A stretch of 63,864 nucleotides of DNA, counting the filler, from Octopus bimaculoides (Eukaryota): NCBI RefSeq assembly GCF_001194135.2. It is 6 parts of 6 records of this genome, joined end to end, with 100 filler letters (N's around TTAATTAATTAA, not from the genome) between each part and the next. Parts side by side here need not be neighbours in the genome. Positions count along the whole stretch, not along the records: positions 1 to 27,455 come from NC_068981.1; positions 27,556 to 41,850 come from NC_068989.1; 4 more parts are not named here. One strand, written 5' to 3'. Shown piece by piece: positions 25,946 through 39,030 of the stretch. The position numbers and the translations under genes were made by a program. Within the stretch, counting starts at the first letter, position 1, and each line of letters begins with the position of its first letter. The notes below the pieces were generated by a model that was not told where the DNA came from, searched no databases, and saw only the letters and a program-made list of their open reading frames with translations.

Positions 25946-26862
25946 NNNNNNNNNNNNNNNNNNNNNNNNNNNNNNNNNNNNNNNNNNNNNNNNNNNNNNN
26001 NNNNNNNNNNNNNNNNNNNNNNNNNNNNNNNNNNNNNNNNNNNNNNNNNNNNNNNNNNNNNNNNNNNNNNNNNNNNNNNNNNNNNNNNNNNNNNNNNNNN
26101 NNNNNNNNNNNNNNNNNNNNNNNNNNNNNNNNNNNNNNNNNNNNNNNNNNNNNNNNNNNNNNNNNNNNNNNNNNNNNNNNNNNNNNNNNNNNNNNNNNNN
26201 NNNNNNNNNNNNNNNNNNNNNNNNNNNNNNNNNNNNNNNNNNNNNNNNNNNNNNNNNNNNNNNNNNNNNNNNNNNNNNNNNNNNNNNNNNNNNNNNNNNN
26301 NNNNNNNNNNNNNNNNNNNNNNNNNNNNNNNNNNNNNNNNNNNNNNNNNNNNNNNNNNNNNNNNNNNNNNNNNNNNNNNNNNNNNNNNNNNNNNNNNNNN
26401 NNNNNNNNNNNNNNNNNNNNNNNNNNNNNNNNNNNNNNNNNNNNNNNNNNNNNNNNNNNNNNNNNNNNNNNNNNNNNNNNNNNNNNNNNNNNNNNNNNNN
26501 NNNNNNNNNNNNNNNNNNNNNNNNNNNNNNNNNNNNNNNNNNNNNNNNNNNNNNNNNNNNNNNNNNNNNNNNNNNNNNNNNNNNNNNNNNNNNNNNNNNN
26601 NNNNNNNNNNNNNNNNNNNNNNNNNNNNNNNNNNNNNNNNNNNNNNNNNNNNNNNNNNNNNNNNNNNNNNNNNNNNNNNNNNNNNNNNNNNNNNNNNNNN
26701 NNNNNNNNNNNNNNNNNNNNNNNNNNNNNNNNNNNNNNNNNNNNNNNNNNNNNNNNNNNNNNNNNNNNNNNNNNNNNNNNNNNNNNNNNNNNNNNNNNNN
26801 NNNNNNNNNNNNNNNNNNNNNNNNNNNNNNNNNNNNNNNNNNNNNNNNNNNNNNNNNNNNNN

Positions 26863-26901
<39 letters not shown>

Positions 26902-27499
26902 TTCGTTAATTTGAACTAAAACTGGTTCCGCAGCTAATAATGAAATTTTTATTAAGCCTGTCAGCCAAATGCGACATCAGTTACCCTTCAATCACTGTTT
27001 AACTACCGGCGGGAGGCCGATGTTTGCCTGGCATGCAGTGGCCGTAGATATATGGTATCGATGAAGCTAAAAAGAGCAGAAATCTTGATTTAGCAATGCC
27101 ACCATTACGATAAAAGCTTTGTGTGTGTATGCATGTATATGAAGACATGTATATATGTGTATTTATATGTATAGATGCTTGAATGTGTGTATATATACAG
27201 TATACATATATATGGACAAGTATATATGTATTTATATATATATATATATTATGCACATACATATGTACGTACAAACATATAAATGTACAAACATACATAC
27301 ATACATACATACATACATACATACACATGTACGTACATACATGCATACGTACGTACGTACATACATACATGCATACGTACATGCATATGTACGTACATAC
27401 ATAAATATGTATGTACATACATATGTATGTACGTGCATACATACATGTATGTACTNNNNNNNNNNNNNNNNNNNNNNNNNNNNNNNNNNNNNNNNNNNN

Positions 27500-27511
27500 T
27501 TAATTAATTAA
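27500..27511. other. Artificial scaffold linker TTAATTAATTAA (also 41895-41906, 48493-48504, 59071-59082, 62603-62614)
   Basis: Identical 12-mer with stops in all six frames, centred in ~100-nt N spacers. Confidence 0.92.
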
Positions 27512-27555
27512 NNNNNNNNNNNNNNNNNNNNNNNNNNNNNNNNNNNNNNNNNNNN

Positions 27556-27592
<37 letters not shown>

Positions 27593-27971
27593 ACAGTGAA
27601 TTTTATAAAATATCAGATATTATCTTAAAAATGTCAATTGGAATTGTTTTCTCTTTGAGGCAAGAAGAAAGCTCTGAAACGTGAGATTCCACTTCTCACG
27701 ATTTATGGAATTGTCTAAACCCGCAAACTCTTGTATCATACACACATAGTCAATGCTAGGATGCATACTTATACACATATATACACTCATATATATACAA
27801 ACATGTGTGGGTGCTGGTGAATGCATGAATGTGCATATATGAGCTCCTATTTCATAATGCTGGCTACAGCATAATGACGTCAACTGGCAATGCCAGATTT
27901 TTGTGGTCGCTCCGAGTCGTGCCGATATCATGTAAGATTATAATAATACATACACACACGCACATACAAGA

Positions 27972-28009
<38 letters not shown>

Positions 28010-28247
28010 NNNNNNNNNNNNNNNNNNNNNNNNNNNNNNNNNNNNNNNNNNNNNNNNNNNNNNNNNNNNNNNNNNNNNNNNNNNNNNNNNNNNNNNNNNN
28101 NNNNNNNNNNNNNNNNNNNNNNNNNNNNNNNNNNNNNNNNNNNNNNNNNNNNNNNNNNNNNNNNNNNNNNNNNNNNNNNNNNNNNNNNNNNNNNNNNNNN
28201 NNNNNNNNNNNNNNNNNNNNNNNNNNNNNNNNNNNNNTATATATATT

Positions 28248-28296
<49 letters not shown>

Positions 28297-28419
28297 ATAT
28301 ATGTAGATATATATATATATATATACTTATACATACTTAAATGTATACATATATTATACATCATAAAACTCTCACACATTGCAATAAAGTTTTGCCAATC
28401 GTCCACACACTGTTTTCTA

Positions 28420-28960
28420 ATAGCTTTCTTAATAGCGTTAGAAAGATAACTTCTAATCTGTTATCCAACAAAACATTTCTTTAAATCTTTAAAGATGCAG
28501 ATTTTATTTTTTACTATTGTAAAGCACTGAAAAATAACGGATACGATCACATCTCTTCATAATCCCCGCTATCCAGTAACATGGAGAGACGCCATATCAT
28601 TGTCTGTTTCACATCTACTTTTTCTGATCCGTTAAGTCCATTAACGCTAAAACTTTCTAACCGTTATAAATACCGTATTTATTTGTGTGGAAAAGAAATA
28701 TAAAATATCGTATTTAATACTTGATTTCAACTGAAAGAACCTTGGGTGCTGCTTATACTAGGAACGAAGTTAAAACTATGAAGGGAAACAATTTTGTACG
28801 AAGATTTAGCACTAAATTCGCGATGCGACATATACACAAGTGCGACATTTTACACCAGTAAATATGATAGGTATTTACCGATTCGGCACAGAGACGGAAA
28901 ACTATTAAACAGAAATAACATTAAACTGAGTTACAGCTGTACAGCCAAACTGAAAACATG
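28420..28960 (+). mobile_element. Degenerate Penelope-like element RT/linker fragment
   Basis: YYCKALKNNGYD and KLLNRNNIKLSYSC resemble PLE motifs (YENALKxSGY; FNRNxVKVSYSC). Multiple frameshifts. Confidence 0.6.
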
Positions 28961-29172
28961 TAAACTAATTAAGTTAACTGAAGCGTATTGTATATGCAGA
29001 AATACAAACATTTGCTCCACTGGTCATCTGGTGGAAGTGAAGCCAGTACAACAAGCTAACGAAACACTGGTCAGTTTTACGATGCTACCACCGTATTTAT
29101 TCATCAGCTGCAAATTGCTTCTACTCCGTGGTATATATTTACAAGTAAGTGAAATCTGCTATGAGGAATGTA

Positions 29173-29385
29173 TACTCTTTACTCTCTTTTACTTGTTTCA
29201 GTCATTTGACTGCGGCCATGCTGGAGCACCGCCTTTAGTCGAGCAAATCGACCCCGGGACTTATTCTTTGTAAGCCTGGTACTTATTCTATTGGAATCTT
29301 TTGCTGAACCGCTAAGTGACGGGGACATTAAACACACCAGCATCGGCTGTCAAGTAATGCTGGGGGGACAAACACAGACACACAA

Positions 29386-29436
<51 letters not shown>

Positions 29437-29608
29437 CATATATACGACGGGCTTCTTTCAGTTTCCGTCTACCAAATCCGCTGACAAGGCTTTGGTCGGC
29501 CCGAGGCTATAATAGAAGACACTTGCCCAAGGTACTACGCAGTGGGACTGAACCCGGAACCATGCGGTTGGTAAGCAAGCTACTTACCACACAGCCACTC
29601 CTGCGCCT
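29173..29608 (-). mobile_element. SINE B full copy
   Basis: Complete head to tail, with an internal (CA)n(TA)n of ~70 bp. Confidence 0.92.
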
Positions 29609-30661
29609 ATGCGTAGATATTTGCGAATTTGATCTGCTAACCTGTCGACACATAATTAAATATTACTTTANNNNNNNNNNNNNNNNNNNNNNNNNNNNNN
29701 NNNNNNNNNNNNNNNNNNNNNNNNNNNNNNNNNNNNNNNNNNNNNNNNNNNNNNNNNNNNNNNNNNNNNNNNNNNNNNNNNNNNNNNNNNNNNNNNNNNN
29801 NNNNNNNNNNNNNNNNNNNNNNNNNNNNNNNNNNNNNNNNNNNNNNNNNNNNNNNNNNNNNNNNNNNNNNNNNNNNNNNNNNNNNNNNNNNNNNNNNNNN
29901 NNNNNNNNNNNNNNNNNNNNNNNNNNNNNNNNNNNNNNNNNNNNNNNNNNNNNNNNNNNNNNNNNNNNNNNNNNNNNNNNNNNNNNNNNNNNNNNNNNNN
30001 NNNNNNNNNNNNNNNNNNNNNNNNNNNNNNNNNNNNNNNNNNNNNNNNNNNNNNNNNNNNNNNNNNNNNNNNNNNNNNNNNNNNNNNNNNNNNNNNNNNN
30101 NNNNNNNNNNNNNNNNNNNNNNNNNNNNNNNNNNNNNNNNNNNNNNNNNNNNNNNNNNNNNNNNNNNNNNNNNNNNNNNNNNNNNNNNNNNNNNNNNNNN
30201 NNNNNNNNNNNNNNNNNNNNNNNNNNNNNNNNNNNNNNNNNNNNNNNNNNNNNNNNNNNNNNNNNNNNNNNNNNNNNNNNNNNNNNNNNNNNNNNNNNNN
30301 NNNNNNNNNNNNNNNNNNNNNNNNNNNNNNNNNNNNNNNNNNNNNNNNNNNNNNNNNNNNNNNNNNNNNNNNNNNNNNNNNNNNNNNNNNNNNNNNNNNN
30401 NNNNNNNNNNNNNNNNNNNNNNNNNNNNNNNNNNNNNNNNNNNNNNNNNNNNNNNNNNNNNNNNNNNNNNNNNNNNNNNNNNNNNNNNNNNNNNNNNNNN
30501 NNNNNNNNNNNNNNNNNNNNNNNNNNNNNNNNNNNNNNNNNNNNNNNNNNNNNNNNNNNNNNNNNNNNNNNNNNNNNNNNNNNNNNNNNNNNNNNNNNNN
30601 NNNNNNNNNNNNNNNNNNNNNNNNNNNNNNNNNNNNNNNNNNNNNNNNNNNNNNNNNNNNN

Positions 30662-30718
<57 letters not shown>

Positions 30719-31157
30719 GTGTGTATGTGTTTGTATCTCACAACCTCTCAACAACAGGTGTTTGTTTGTTTATGTCCACGTAAACAAATCAGCACAAAAG
30801 TGGTTCGGCAAAAGTGACGGAAATAATAAGTGTCCGCATTAAAAACACATACACACAAAAAACAGTTACTGGGGGTAATTTATTCTACCATAACTCTTCA
30901 ATGTGAAGCTCCAGTATGGCCGCAGTCCAATGACTGAAACAAGTAAAAGATAAAAAGATTAATGATGACCGAATAAAATTGAAGGATCCCTTAGAAGTGA
31001 TGTTAGAAGATGGGACGAATAAAACAAGTGATGTCAGGGCGAATATAGATGAAAGCGGTGAGTGCACGACTACGAATAAGTTCTTTCAAATAATGAGGGA
31101 TGTAAAAGGGCGAAACCAGAAACAAATATTTAAGAAATAATCAAATAAAATGCTTAC

Positions 31158-31217
31158 CGTTTCGTAGACCTGCCAAAGCTTCTCTTCCATCTCGGAAATT
31201 TGGCTCAAGCCCGACAT
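31158..31217 (-). CDS. Candidate first coding exon MSGLSQISEMEEKLWQVYET of an unidentified gene
   Basis: gcaaaATG context, 20 open codons, donor ACG|gtaagc. Lies ~550 bp from a CpG-rich segment. No recognised homology and no canonical YAG acceptor just upstream. Confidence 0.3.
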
Positions 31218-31599
31218 TTTGCAACGTTCTCTCTCAGAAATATATATATGAGATGAGAGATGGTTGTAGTACGGTGATAGTGGAAATTGTAGTTGTAGAT
31301 TTTATATTACTTTGATGTTCAATTTGATATTTTAACCATCTTTCTTATAATACGATGTGTTACGCCAATGCAAGGAAGCCAAGAATTGCATCTTTATACA
31401 TATTTAGGCTCACTGTGAGATTTTTCTCTGTGCGTAAGAAACGTGTGCAAGGTTTTACACGGGGTGATATGATGTGGGCCAAGATATTGGGAGCGAAAAG
31501 TCGAAAGCATCATTATGCCATTGCGTAAGAATCCACCTGCAAAATAAAAAAGAATATATATAAATATGTACATACATACATACATACACACACATATAC

Positions 31600-31654
<55 letters not shown>

Positions 31655-31769
31655 TAATTGTATACATAACCTGAATATCTTGCTGCCTGTACTTCGGTAG
31701 CAATGTTTGTATTTTGTCCGGAAACAAATTCCCTTTATAGACTTAATGTGTTAAGAAACACAGTATACT

Positions 31770-31900
31770 TCAGAGCTAGGCAAAACGAAATCACCCGAGA
31801 AGTGACCGCGAGGGCGACAGATGCGTTTTTCGTCGTTGTCGCGGCTTCTCAATATCACATACTCGTGTCACTTCCGAAACAAAATCGAACCAGCTAGTCT
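31770..31900. promoter_or_regulatory. CpG-rich promoter-like segment with an ETS-type CACTTCCG motif
   Basis: Local CpG enrichment in an AT-rich background (gaccgcgagggcgacagatgcg...cgtcgttgtcgcggc) and gtcacttccg near 31867-31876. Confidence 0.25.
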
Positions 31901-32528
31901 GAAGTATATAATATATACATTGGATTGCAGAGCACTACAAAAACAGAATAAAACCGGTTTATGCAATGGAAGCAGCTCTATAATGGAAAAATTCTATCAA
32001 TAAACCGTATCAGTGTATGTATACAGTTGAAGGCCATAGGCTGCGCTTTTCGTCTCGGGTAAAGTCTCTTTATTGACGATTTCAACTGCTGTTCTGTTGT
32101 TAATGCATTTTTCTCCATTACATATATTTTGTACTTTATTGTAGCTAAATCAGCGCTCTATTTCGTGCCAAAGATTAGTCAGGAACATAGACAACTGAAG
32201 AAAACCCACCAAGAAGATTATCATGGCGGTTGAAATCAATTCAAGGCGGCCGTGGTTGATAAGAGACCGCAGATGGTACCCTTCCGAAAGCGAAGACTAT
32301 AATTCAGTCCTTGCTGCCCGGCTCAGGTGCAGCGCACAAACTAAGGGCGAAATTCTTGTGATCCTGATATATCTGCTGATGATACGGAAGTGTTTCCGAT
32401 ATCGCAATTGATTCAGAAAGAGAGCTTGCAGTACTTCTGCGTTGCTTCTATAGTTTTGCATGTGGCAAAACATCTCCGATTTTTGTTTTATTTGTAACTT
32501 AAAAGGTCCAGGTACTTAAATTAAAATA

Positions 32529-33030
32529 CAGTAATATCTCGACTATCGCGGGTGTTACGTTCCAAAAACCCCCGCGATAAGTGAAACTCTGCGAAGTAGA
32601 AACAGTACTGTACTGTATATTCTTTTAATTATTTTTATAATTTGTATATATCTATTTTATTATAAACGCAAAACAACACCCCACACTCGCTTCCTGGGTT
32701 TCATTTTCCTTATAGTATATACGATTCCTTGTTTATTCATCTACGGTACTTGCATATTTTCTTTTAATATATTTTAATTAATGTATTATACAGTGCAGTA
32801 GTGTAACTGTATTTTTATTTATCAATTTATTAATTTTTAGGCGTGAAAATGCTTATTTTACCACATGAATAATTAAAATCTAAAAAAAAAACAAACATAA
32901 ATACCTATCGACCGCAGAAACCCGCGATATACTGATGAGTCTACGATATAAATTTACATATAATAGCCAGAAACATCCGCGATGTACCGAGGGCGCGATA
33001 GGTGAGCCGCGACACGGCGATGGATTACTA
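32529..33030. mobile_element. pogo/Tigger-like MITE
   Basis: TA|CAGTAATATCTCGACTATCGCGG ... CCGCGACACGGCGATGGATTACTA|TA. Imperfect ~23-bp TIRs, TA flanks, several internal CCGCGAT motifs. Confidence 0.8.
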
Positions 33031-33252
33031 TATAACATTCATTTACAGAACAAATAAGAATTGCAAATATGTATTAACGATTGGTGAACTAATTCCTCTG
33101 CACATATTTGTGCATATCCGATGCGAACTTCGGACGCAGTTTCTTTAACAACATCCATCATCCTCAAATAATGTGTACGGACATAGATCCACGATTAACA
33201 CCTACATAATCCGACCTGTAGAGTACAATATGTATGTATATTTCTATGTATG

Positions 33253-33368
33253 TCATTTTTCAGTTTTATTTCAAGATTTCTTGCCAATAGAGAAAGAGCT
33301 GGTTTCTAACTTAGATTCAAGGTTCCTTCATTGGAATTTCAACATCAACAACAGGGTATTTTTGTATG
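33253..33368 (-). mobile_element. Second copy of the REL retroelement 3'UTR
   Basis: Near-identical to 19686-19800 and again ends ...atgaca-tacata. The rest runs into a gap. Confidence 0.7.
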
Positions 33369-33378
33369 NNNNNNNNNN

Positions 33379-33446
<68 letters not shown>

Positions 33447-33640
33447 TACACATACATACGTGAGCGTGTCTGCGTTCGTGTATGTCTTCTTCCGCCATTT
33501 GACAAATGTAACTTTGTGACCCAATAACTGAAATAAATGAAAGATAAAATATAACTTTATGAATAAATTCCTCTTTATCTTTCATTGAGTTAACTTTCAT
33601 TAACAATAAAAGTAAAAAAGCTGCTTTTGTTCTTATAAGA

Positions 33641-34806
33641 TTATTCTGAGAATCCGTTTTCAGTCGCGATGACTGTTTCAATGCAAGAACAAAGTCATTG
33701 ACATTCCTGCACTAAACGGTCCTTATTCACTTCGGACATCATCTGGACAATGGCTGCCTTTTGTGAAGCTACGGTATTTCGAAGATGTCAATTAATCTCC
33801 CTTTTAACAACATTCCAAAAGGAGTTGTCCATGAGATTTAAATCTGACGTGGCCACAAGTTTCGTCTTTCATGATTGTAAAGGTTGTCTGATATCCATTC
33901 TTGGGTTACGTGAGCGTTGTGAGAAGTTACTGGGGCTTGTTTAAACACGTATGGCCTTCCAGTGAGTTCTTCATATATCCAGTGCTTAACAATTGTCTGC
34001 AGCATCTCACCGTGTCCAGCAGCATTAATTCCTAGATCTTGTGGAAAGATGTGAGATGGCATGACATGACCTTCGTTACTCACCATTCCTAAGGCCATTA
34101 TACTTACTGGAAACGTACTTTTGCATCTTTCTGAGAGCATCGGAATGATCTGCAGATAACCGTTTGCCATTTTTCCTGAATGAATTTTAGTTTCGGTCGA
34201 TGACTTTTTCATCGGAGAAGAATGAAAACATGCCATGTTCGTGAGGGGTTTTAATATTGTTAAGTAACTGCTTGGCACGATCAAGCGGTTTTCTGGTGTC
34301 TTTGCAGACATGAATTAGCTTCTCAGTATATACGACTTTTAATGATTATCTTCGAGCATCATAGTTCTGAAGTTCATTGGCGATAGCTTTCATTAATTTT
34401 CCAGGATCCGTACCTATAACGTTTTGAATCCGTTGGATGAATTGCGGTGTTCTTATAGAGTCTGAACATTTAGAACAGTGCTGCGCAACCGGTATGCCGC
34501 GAGGTGTACCGCACTGTGACCTGAATATAATTTTTTCCCCCTATACTCTTAGTTAAGCTTTTAGTTCAGGTGAGCCGCTGAATTTTGAAAAGAACATCAT
34601 AAGTATACCGCAAGTGAAAAAATGGTTGGGGAGCACTGGCTTAGAATATTTGTTTCTTTTTGATACAGCAAAAATATTCACGACAGAGACATACAGCCCC
34701 CACCCCGAACTTTGTATACGAAAGATCTGGTAACATTTAGAGAGTTGGAAATTTCTAAATCGTTGTATTCTGCATTTATGACAACAATAACTGCGTGTCT
34801 TTTCAT
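33641..34806 (-). pseudogene. Near full-length DD37D (maT-like) transposase pseudogene
   Basis: MKRHAVIVVINAE..IRTPQFIQRIQ..MALGMVSNEGHVMP..YVFKQA..WP/DLNLMD..SFWNVVKREIN..IATENGFSE*. Spacing to the third Asp is 37 only if a 4-residue PSSP stretch is restored at the frameshift. Confidence 0.85.
34476..34638. mobile_element. hAT (Buster/Charlie-like) MITE nested in the maT copy
   Basis: TIRs CAGTGCTGCGCAACC / GGTTGGGGAGCACTG. 8-bp flanks atttagaa / gcttagaa. The maT reading frame resumes on both sides. Confidence 0.82.
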
Positions 34807-34925
34807 TTTTTTTGCCTTAACATTTTAGTTGGCCTCGGGGGATCTGGAAGAAATAAACTCCTTTTAATTGTTTTAAAGAGACTAATATAATAATAATAAT
34901 TAATTATTCCACATGAATGCTTATA

Positions 34926-35677
34926 TTGGATTGGCAACTAAGTTCCCGCCGTTTTTTAAAAATTTAAATTTTTAAAAGGTTTAATAAAAAAATAACAACT
35001 AATTAATCAATAATGTATTCACTCTTGTTGTTTACAACTTCTTCCCAACGTTCAACAAGATTTTCAATACCCCGTTAGTAGAAATCACTTGATTTCGACT
35101 AGAAAAATTGATCCAACCAAGTTTTCAATTCTACATCAGTATTGAACAAAACTCCGCGCACAGCATTTGAAAGAGATCGAAAGAAGTGGAAATCCGTTGG
35201 TGCCAAATCAAGAGAGTGCGGCAGGTGTGGCAGCACTTCCCAGCCATGCGTTTGAATGGCTTCCTTGGTCATATTGGCGATATGAGGGCGGGCGTTGTCG
35301 TGCAGTAGAAGAACTCCATGCTGCCAATTAGGTCTTTCTCTTGGATAGCCGTGTTGAGTTGTTCCATCTGTTGAACATAGAGTTCTACGTTGACCGTTTG
35401 ATTCCGTTCAAGCAATTCGTAATGGATAATCCCTTTCCAGTCCCACAATACGCACAACATCGTTTTACGTGGATGAAGATCTTGTTTCACGCGCGGTGTC
35501 GCTTGTTTACCGTGGCTAAGCCATTCCTTACACTGCTTCATATTGATGTACAGGTACCATTTTTCGTCGCCAGTAACGATTCGGTAAAGAAATCGTTGCT
35601 TGTGTCCATGAGTTGAGCGGTAACGAGCAAGCAAACCAGCGGAGATTGTGGCTCGTTGATTTTTGTTGTCACTTAAA
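34926..35677 (-). mobile_element. mariner DD34D transposon, 3' part (5' part lost in gap)
   Basis: IVTGDEKW, LLHDNARPH, HSLDLAPTDF with D-34-D spacing and one frameshift. Terminal repeat TA|TTGGATTGGCAACTAAGTT at 34926. Confidence 0.92.
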
Positions 35678-36474
35678 NNNNNNNNNNNNNNNNNNNNNNN
35701 NNNNNNNNNNNNNNNNNNNNNNNNNNNNNNNNNNNNNNNNNNNNNNNNNNNNNNNNNNNNNNNNNNNNNNNNNNNNNNNNNNNNNNNNNNNNNNNNNNNN
35801 NNNNNNNNNNNNNNNNNNNNNNNNNNNNNNNNNNNNNNNNNNNNNNNNNNNNNNNNNNNNNNNNNNNNNNNNNNNNNNNNNNNNNNNNNNNNNNNNNNNN
35901 NNNNNNNNNNNNNNNNNNNNNNNNNNNNNNNNNNNNNNNNNNNNNNNNNNNNNNNNNNNNNNNNNNNNNNNNNNNNNNNNNNNNNNNNNNNNNNNNNNNN
36001 NNNNNNNNNNNNNNNNNNNNNNNNNNNNNNNNNNNNNNNNNNNNNNNNNNNNNNNNNNNNNNNNNNNNNNNNNNNNNNNNNNNNNNNNNNNNNNNNNNNN
36101 NNNNNNNNNNNNNNNNNNNNNNNNNNNNNNNNNNNNNNNNNNNNNNNNNNNNNNNNNNNNNNNNNNNNNNNNNNNNNNNNNNNNNNNNNNNNNNNNNNNN
36201 NNNNNNNNNNNNNNNNNNNNNNNNNNNNNNNNNNNNNNNNNNNNNNNNNNNNNNNNNNNNNNNNNNNNNNNNNNNNNNNNNNNNNNNNNNNNNNNNNNNN
36301 NNNNNNNNNNNNNNNNNNNNNNNNNNNNNNNNNNNNNNNNNNNNNNNNNNNNNNNNNNNNNNNNNNNNNNNNNNNNNNNNNNNNNNNNNNNNNNNNNNNN
36401 NNNNNNNNNNNNNNNNNNNNNNNNNNNNNNNNNNNNNNNNNNNNNNNNNNNNNNNNNNNNNNNNNNNNNNNNNN

Positions 36475-36535
<61 letters not shown>

Positions 36536-36689
36536 ATATGTATATACATTATCTAATTAAAGAGCACAATACATGTATTGTGTCCTTAAAACTAATAATA
36601 TTTATCTCTCACCAGATGGAGAACTTCTTCTGTTGAATTTTCTATCACGGAACAGTACATTATGTATGTATGTATGTATGTATGTATGT

Positions 36690-36900
36690 ATGTGCGTGTG
36701 TGTTTGTCACCATCACCGCTTGATAACCAGTATTAGCACATTTACGTCCCCGTAATTTAGCGGTTTGGCAAAAGAGATCAATAGAATAAGTACTAGGCAT
36801 TGAAAAGTATATACTAGGGTCGATTCGTTCGGCTAAAAATTCTTCAAGACGATACTCCAGCATGGCCACAGTCTAATGACTGAAACAAGCGAAAGGTTAA
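36690..36900 (+). mobile_element. SINE B 3' half
   Basis: Conserved 3' module and tail after a (TATG)n tract. Confidence 0.8.
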
Positions 36901-37210
36901 GAGATATTCGTAAAAGTTTGTCTATTGTCGGATTTTAAAACTATCAAATTGCAAAACATATTCTTATTCTCCGTGAAATGTCCTTCCTGTATCCATCTGA
37001 GAATTCATTCGCTTCTTCTTTACATACAAATCCCGTTCAAATACCACGTGTGATCGCCATTACGAGAATTAAATCATTTTGCAATTAGATCTATGCAATA
37101 TGAATGCTTGAAAGAGAAGCTGAGTAGAAACTACACTTCACCGGAGGCGATTGCGAAAAACAGATTCCCCTTCAACCCCATTCCTCCACCTTGTTACCTT
37201 GCTGGGCGGC

Positions 37211-37322
37211 TGACAAAAAACGAAGCCATTTTGGAAGGTTTCGGTGGCCGACAAAAAACGAAGCCATTTTGGAAGGTTTCGGTGGCTGACAAAAAACAAA
37301 GCGATTTTGGAAAGTTTCGTGC
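37211..37322. repeat. 38-bp tandem repeat, about 3 units
   Basis: TGACAAAAAACGAAGCCATTTTGGAAGGTTTCGGTGGC at 37211 and 37249 (1 mismatch), degenerate third unit at 37287. No spacers. Confidence 0.9.
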
Positions 37323-37544
37323 TTTGGAAAGTTTTCTTCCTCTTAAAAATTTTCCGCGTAGGGTAAGAAAAAAGGGTTGATCAGTTCCTTATGGATCTGG
37401 TCAATTAAGAAAGAGGGCAGAGCAATACAATGATTAAGAACGAACTCTTTTAAAAAGGGAAACAAGACATAAAATCACATAACTTTAAAACACAGCTTAG
37501 GGGGAAAAGGAGGAGGAGGAGGAAGAAGAGCAACAACAACAACA

Positions 37545-38147
37545 ATAATGGTTTCAAATTTTGACACAAGGCCAGCAATTTCGAGGGAGGAGGTAAGACT
37601 ATTACATCGACCCCAGTGCTCAGCTGGTACTTATTCTATCGATCCTGAAAGGATGAAAGGCAAAGTCGACTGCGGCGGAATTTGAGCTCAGAACGTAAAG
37701 ACGGGCGAAATACTGCCAAGCATTTTACCTGGTGTGCTAACAATTCTGTCAGCTCACAGCCTTAATAATAATAATAATAGTAATGACGATGATGATGATG
37801 ATGATGATGATATGGGGGAGCATCATAGCCATGTGTTGAGTGGAATTCTTTGAGGCTTGAATAATTCACTTCAGGAAACATGGGTGTTTCGTTCATCATC
37901 GTTAAACAACTCTTATTCAGGGACCTTTCGAGCAGGATGGGCACCTCAACCTGAAGAAAATTCTAACTGGGCCCCACCTGTAAGGTCATGTGCTGTTTAT
38001 CTTGATATGAGATCAGCATGTCGTGCACATATGTTTGTACCCTTATCAGACGGGTAGTCATGATGGGTATAATGGGCTTCGTATATTTGTACCCCAGTGT
38101 CACTTTGATACCATGCACTACTCTCTCACTCAGTAATGATGATGATG

Positions 38148-38208
<61 letters not shown>

Positions 38209-38935
38209 TAATAATGATTCTTTCTACAATAAGATCGATGCCTGAAATTTTGGAGGAGTCGGCGAATTTATTACTTTGACCCAGTGCTCAGCTGGTATCT
38301 ATTTTATCGACCCCGAAAGAATGAAAGGCAAAGTTGACCTCAGCGGAATTTGAATTCAGAATGTCACGAGTCGGAAGAATTACCGTTAAACATTTTGTCC
38401 GGCATGCTAACGATTCTTCCCACAAAATAAAAAAATTAAGCCGGATTTTGCTAAAGTTGTCTGCCGAAACCTCATGCCTCATGGGAANNNNNNNNNNNNN
38501 NNNNNNNNNNNNNNNNNNNNNNNNNNNNNNNNNNNNNNNNNNNNNNNNNNNNNNNNNNNNNNNNNNNNNNNNNNNNNNNNNNNNNNNNNNNNNNNNNNNN
38601 NNNNNNNNNNNNNNNNNNNNNNNNNNNNNNNNNNNNNNNNNNNNNNNNNNNNNNNNNNNNNNNNNNNNNNNNNNNNNNNNNNNNNNNNNNNNNNNNNNNN
38701 NNNNNNNNNNNNNNNNNNNNNNNNNNNNNNNNNNNNNNNNNNNNNNNNNNNNNNNNNNNNNNNNNNNNNNNNNNNNNNNNNNNNNNNNNNNNNNNNNNNN
38801 NNNNNNNNNNNNNNNNNNNNNNNNNNNNNNNNNNNNNNNNNNNNNNNNNNNNGTAATTTGAACTCAGAACGCGAAGACGGATGAAATGCTGCTAAGCTTT
38901 TTTTGCCCGGTGCGGTAACGATTCTGCCAGTCTTA
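37545..38935 (-). mobile_element. Cluster of SINE A copies (37545-37762, 38230-38425, 38853-38935) interspersed with (TAA)/(GAT)/(CAA) repeats
   Basis: rc central domain (ctggtacttattctatcgatcc..gaaaggatgaaaggcaaagtcgac) and B-box. Confidence 0.85.
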
Positions 38936-38955
38936 ATAATAATAATAATAACAAT

Positions 38956-39030
<75 letters not shown>

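Noticed and set aside
27500-27511. Recurrent TTAATTAATTAA (PacI-like) motif
   Set aside because: Always centred in ~100 N; an artificial six-frame stop linker.
37211-37322. Possible CRISPR-like array
   Set aside because: Units are contiguous with no spacers, and the context is eukaryotic.
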